Shown one piece after another: positions 61,503 through 64,000 of a stretch of 64,000 nt of DNA. A program made the translations under genes and the position numbers. This stretch comes from Azolla caroliniana (Eukaryota > Plantae > Polypodiophyta). The number at the start of each line of letters is the position of its first letter. The first letter of the stretch is position 1. The stretch is from NCBI GenBank assembly GCA_043228905.1, contig JBHGNT010000005.1, forward strand, positions 15,686,001 to 15,750,000. Direction: 5' to 3'. The notes under the pieces are model-generated. The model worked only from the letters and a program-made list of their open reading frames with translations, had not been told where the DNA came from and did not search any database.

Positions 61503-64000
61503 TGTTGAGAATTGAACTCAACTTCCCATAGATAGGTTTCACACTAGCTCATGGACATTCCAGGCTAGTTTTGTAAATAGTAGAAAGGGCGATTGCCCTA
61601 GCTTAGTTGATATATAAACCAACTCATTGTAACTTAGTCATTGTTGTATGTATCCCGTTTTGTTAATATCATATATACTTTTGTCTATCTCTGTCGCTTG
61701 AGCTCTCTCTCTCTACTGCTATACACACACACACACATACACACATACGCTCACCTTCCGCTACATTACAACCACTCTTGCCATTCCATTTCTTAACATG
61801 GTATTAGAGTGTGTGGTTGCTTGATCTAGCCTTTTTCGACTGTGTTGTGCTGCACGCCGATGATCAACAGAACTAGCCCATCAACAGAGAAGAAATCACC
61901 ATGAATAATCAAATGGGAAGCGCTCTTCCTACTGAGAAGCTCGATAGAATGAACTTTGCATATTGGGAATACAAGATGCATCAATATCTTGTCGGACAAG
62001 GCTACTGGAGCTACATCGAAGGAGCTCACGAATCACACCCCAACCCAACACACGTTGACTATCCCACTTGGGAGCAGGCCGCAAACCGTGTGTTGTATTG
62101 CCTTGCATCATGTGTTCATGATCATATGCTTGGCTACATTCAAGAGGCAAAAACGTCGAACCAGGTGTGGGAAAACCTCAAAAAGATTTTCGCAGCCAAC
62201 ACAGCTGCATGCAAGCTCCAGCTTCGTCAGGAGCTGAATAGCATCCAACAGAGGGACATGTCAATCTCAAGCTACACCTTAAAGATCAAGGAGCTATGTG
62301 ACGCCCTCGGATCAATCAATGTCTTCATTGACGATGACGAACTGGTGCAGATATGCCTTGGAGGCTTAGCACCGCGTTTTGGTGCGATTAGATTGGCAAT
62401 TCTTGCAAGGGAGAATCCTCCCTCCTTTGACCTTCAGTCGATATTGCTGGTCGAAGAGAATCACACTCGGTAGAGGAGCAACGCACTAGATGGTCACATG
62501 CTCTATTCCCAGTCAGATGATAGAAGGAATTTCGGCCGAGGTCACAAAGGTCGCTTCGGACAAGGTCGTAATGATCGGCAAAATCAAGAGCGTAACTCTC
62601 ACCAATGGCAAATGGATAGAAATGGTCCCAGAGAGTTCGGCGGAAGGGGGATTCATCACGTTGGACCAAGCAATCGCCGAAACCTAGTCGAGTGCGGGTA
62701 TTGCCGAAAACCCGGCCATTACGAAGAGGAGTGCCGGAAGAAGAAACGTGAGGCAGGCCGACAACTGACAAATTATGCCACGAACTTCGACTACGGCGAC
62801 CGTGGCGGAATGTTCATAATGAAGCACGAAGCACACTCGATGTCTGCATTTGCGACAACCAGCGCCTCCACTCCTAATAGTGTATGGTTTGTGGATTCGG
62901 GAGCTTCCAATCACATGACTCCCCATGAAGATTGGTTTCGGGAATTACGGAAGCCAGAACGTCCCGGATATGTCGAAACAGGCGATGATATGACTCATCC
63001 AATATCGGGAATGTCCCATTCGGAAACGACTGCGAACAGACCTACCTCAAGAATGTACTACATGTTCCCACCATCACAAAAAATCTGGTCTCGGTAGGCC
63101 AGATTGTAGAACAAGGAATGCAGGTATGCTTCAACAATGATGGGTGCTTCATTGAAAAAGGAGATCAAATCGTAGCTCACGGCAGATGAGAAGGCCGTAT
63201 GTTCATCCTCGAGTCAAGTGAAGTAAAGTCGGCCATGTACACAAAAGGCCAGAAAGTCGAAACCGACTTAAAGTTGTGGCACAAGAGAATCGGCCACATC
63301 AATCTCTAGAAGCTTTAGAACATAGGAGTCGTAATCGGAGTCCCGAACTTTACGACAAAGGAGATCATAGGCGTGTGCGACGCATGCCAATTCGGAAAGC
63401 AATGCCGTCATCCATTCCCAAAAGACTGGAATGTAAGCAAAGGGATCCTGGATGTCATACATTCAGACGTGTGAGGACTAGCCCAAACAACTACTTTCGG
63501 CGGATGCCGTTACTATGTCACGTTCATCGATGACTTCTCCAGAAATACCTAGATTTATCCGATGAAGCAAAAGAGTGAAGTGTTCGGCCACTTCCAGAAG
63601 TTCAAAGCCGAATTGGAAAAAGCCATGGGCCGGCATGTATGCTACCTTCGATTAGATGGAGGCGAAGAATATTTTTCGGATGAGTTCTCGGCGTATCTCC
63701 GCCAGGAAGGAGTCTGACGAGAGTTCTCGTGTTGACATACACCTCAGCAAAACGACGTAGCTGAGCGTAAAAACCACCACATAGTAGAAGTCGCACGAGC
63801 CATGATAAATGAGAAGAACCTGCCGAAATCGTACTGGGCAGAAGCGACGAACACAGCTGTATACCTCATGAATAGGTGCACAACCTCAGGAGTACATGAA
63901 ATAACTCCTCATGAGAAGTTCTTTGGAAAGAAGATGGACTTATCGCATGTTCGCATTTTCGGCTCTATCGCCTATGTACATATTCCTGATGATACGCGGA
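61503..64000 (+). mobile_element. Element L: Ty1/Copia of the same family as G, runs off the window
   Basis: 5' LTR 61503-61798 is homologous to 17288-17578. Degenerate PBS TGGTATTAGAGT. Gag 61901..62473, then PR and INT fragments. Confidence 0.95.

Overview
Eukaryotic (land-plant) nuclear DNA, not prokaryotic. The PLS-type PPR remnant and the transposon spectrum suggest a fern or other seed-free plant (inference). About 85% of the window is decayed retrotransposon. Positions 3473-45330 form a multi-layer nest that can be resolved from LTR pairs, primer-binding sites (PBS) and target-site duplications (TSD). It contains: three copies of a tRNA-Trp-primed Gypsy lineage with 4-bp TSDs (PBS visible in two; one is non-autonomous); a Tcn1-like chromovirus; a tRNA-Arg-primed non-chromoviral Gypsy; three two-LTR Copia elements; solo LTRs; and a LINE associated with (GA)n microsatellites. 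A second Copia nest fills 57313-64000. The only apparently intact host gene is a six-coding-exon membrane-tethered NAC transcription factor (minus strand, 49278-54331, about 615 aa). The most unusual signals are: (1) tRNA-like Pol III A/B-box modules, antisense and in U3, in three LTRs from two Gypsy lineages; (2) a Gypsy element with an inverted copy of its own tRNA-Arg PBS where the polypurine tract (PPT) should abut the 3' LTR; (3) CpG-centred target sites for the Trp-primed lineage. All coordinates were read by eye and no database search was run.
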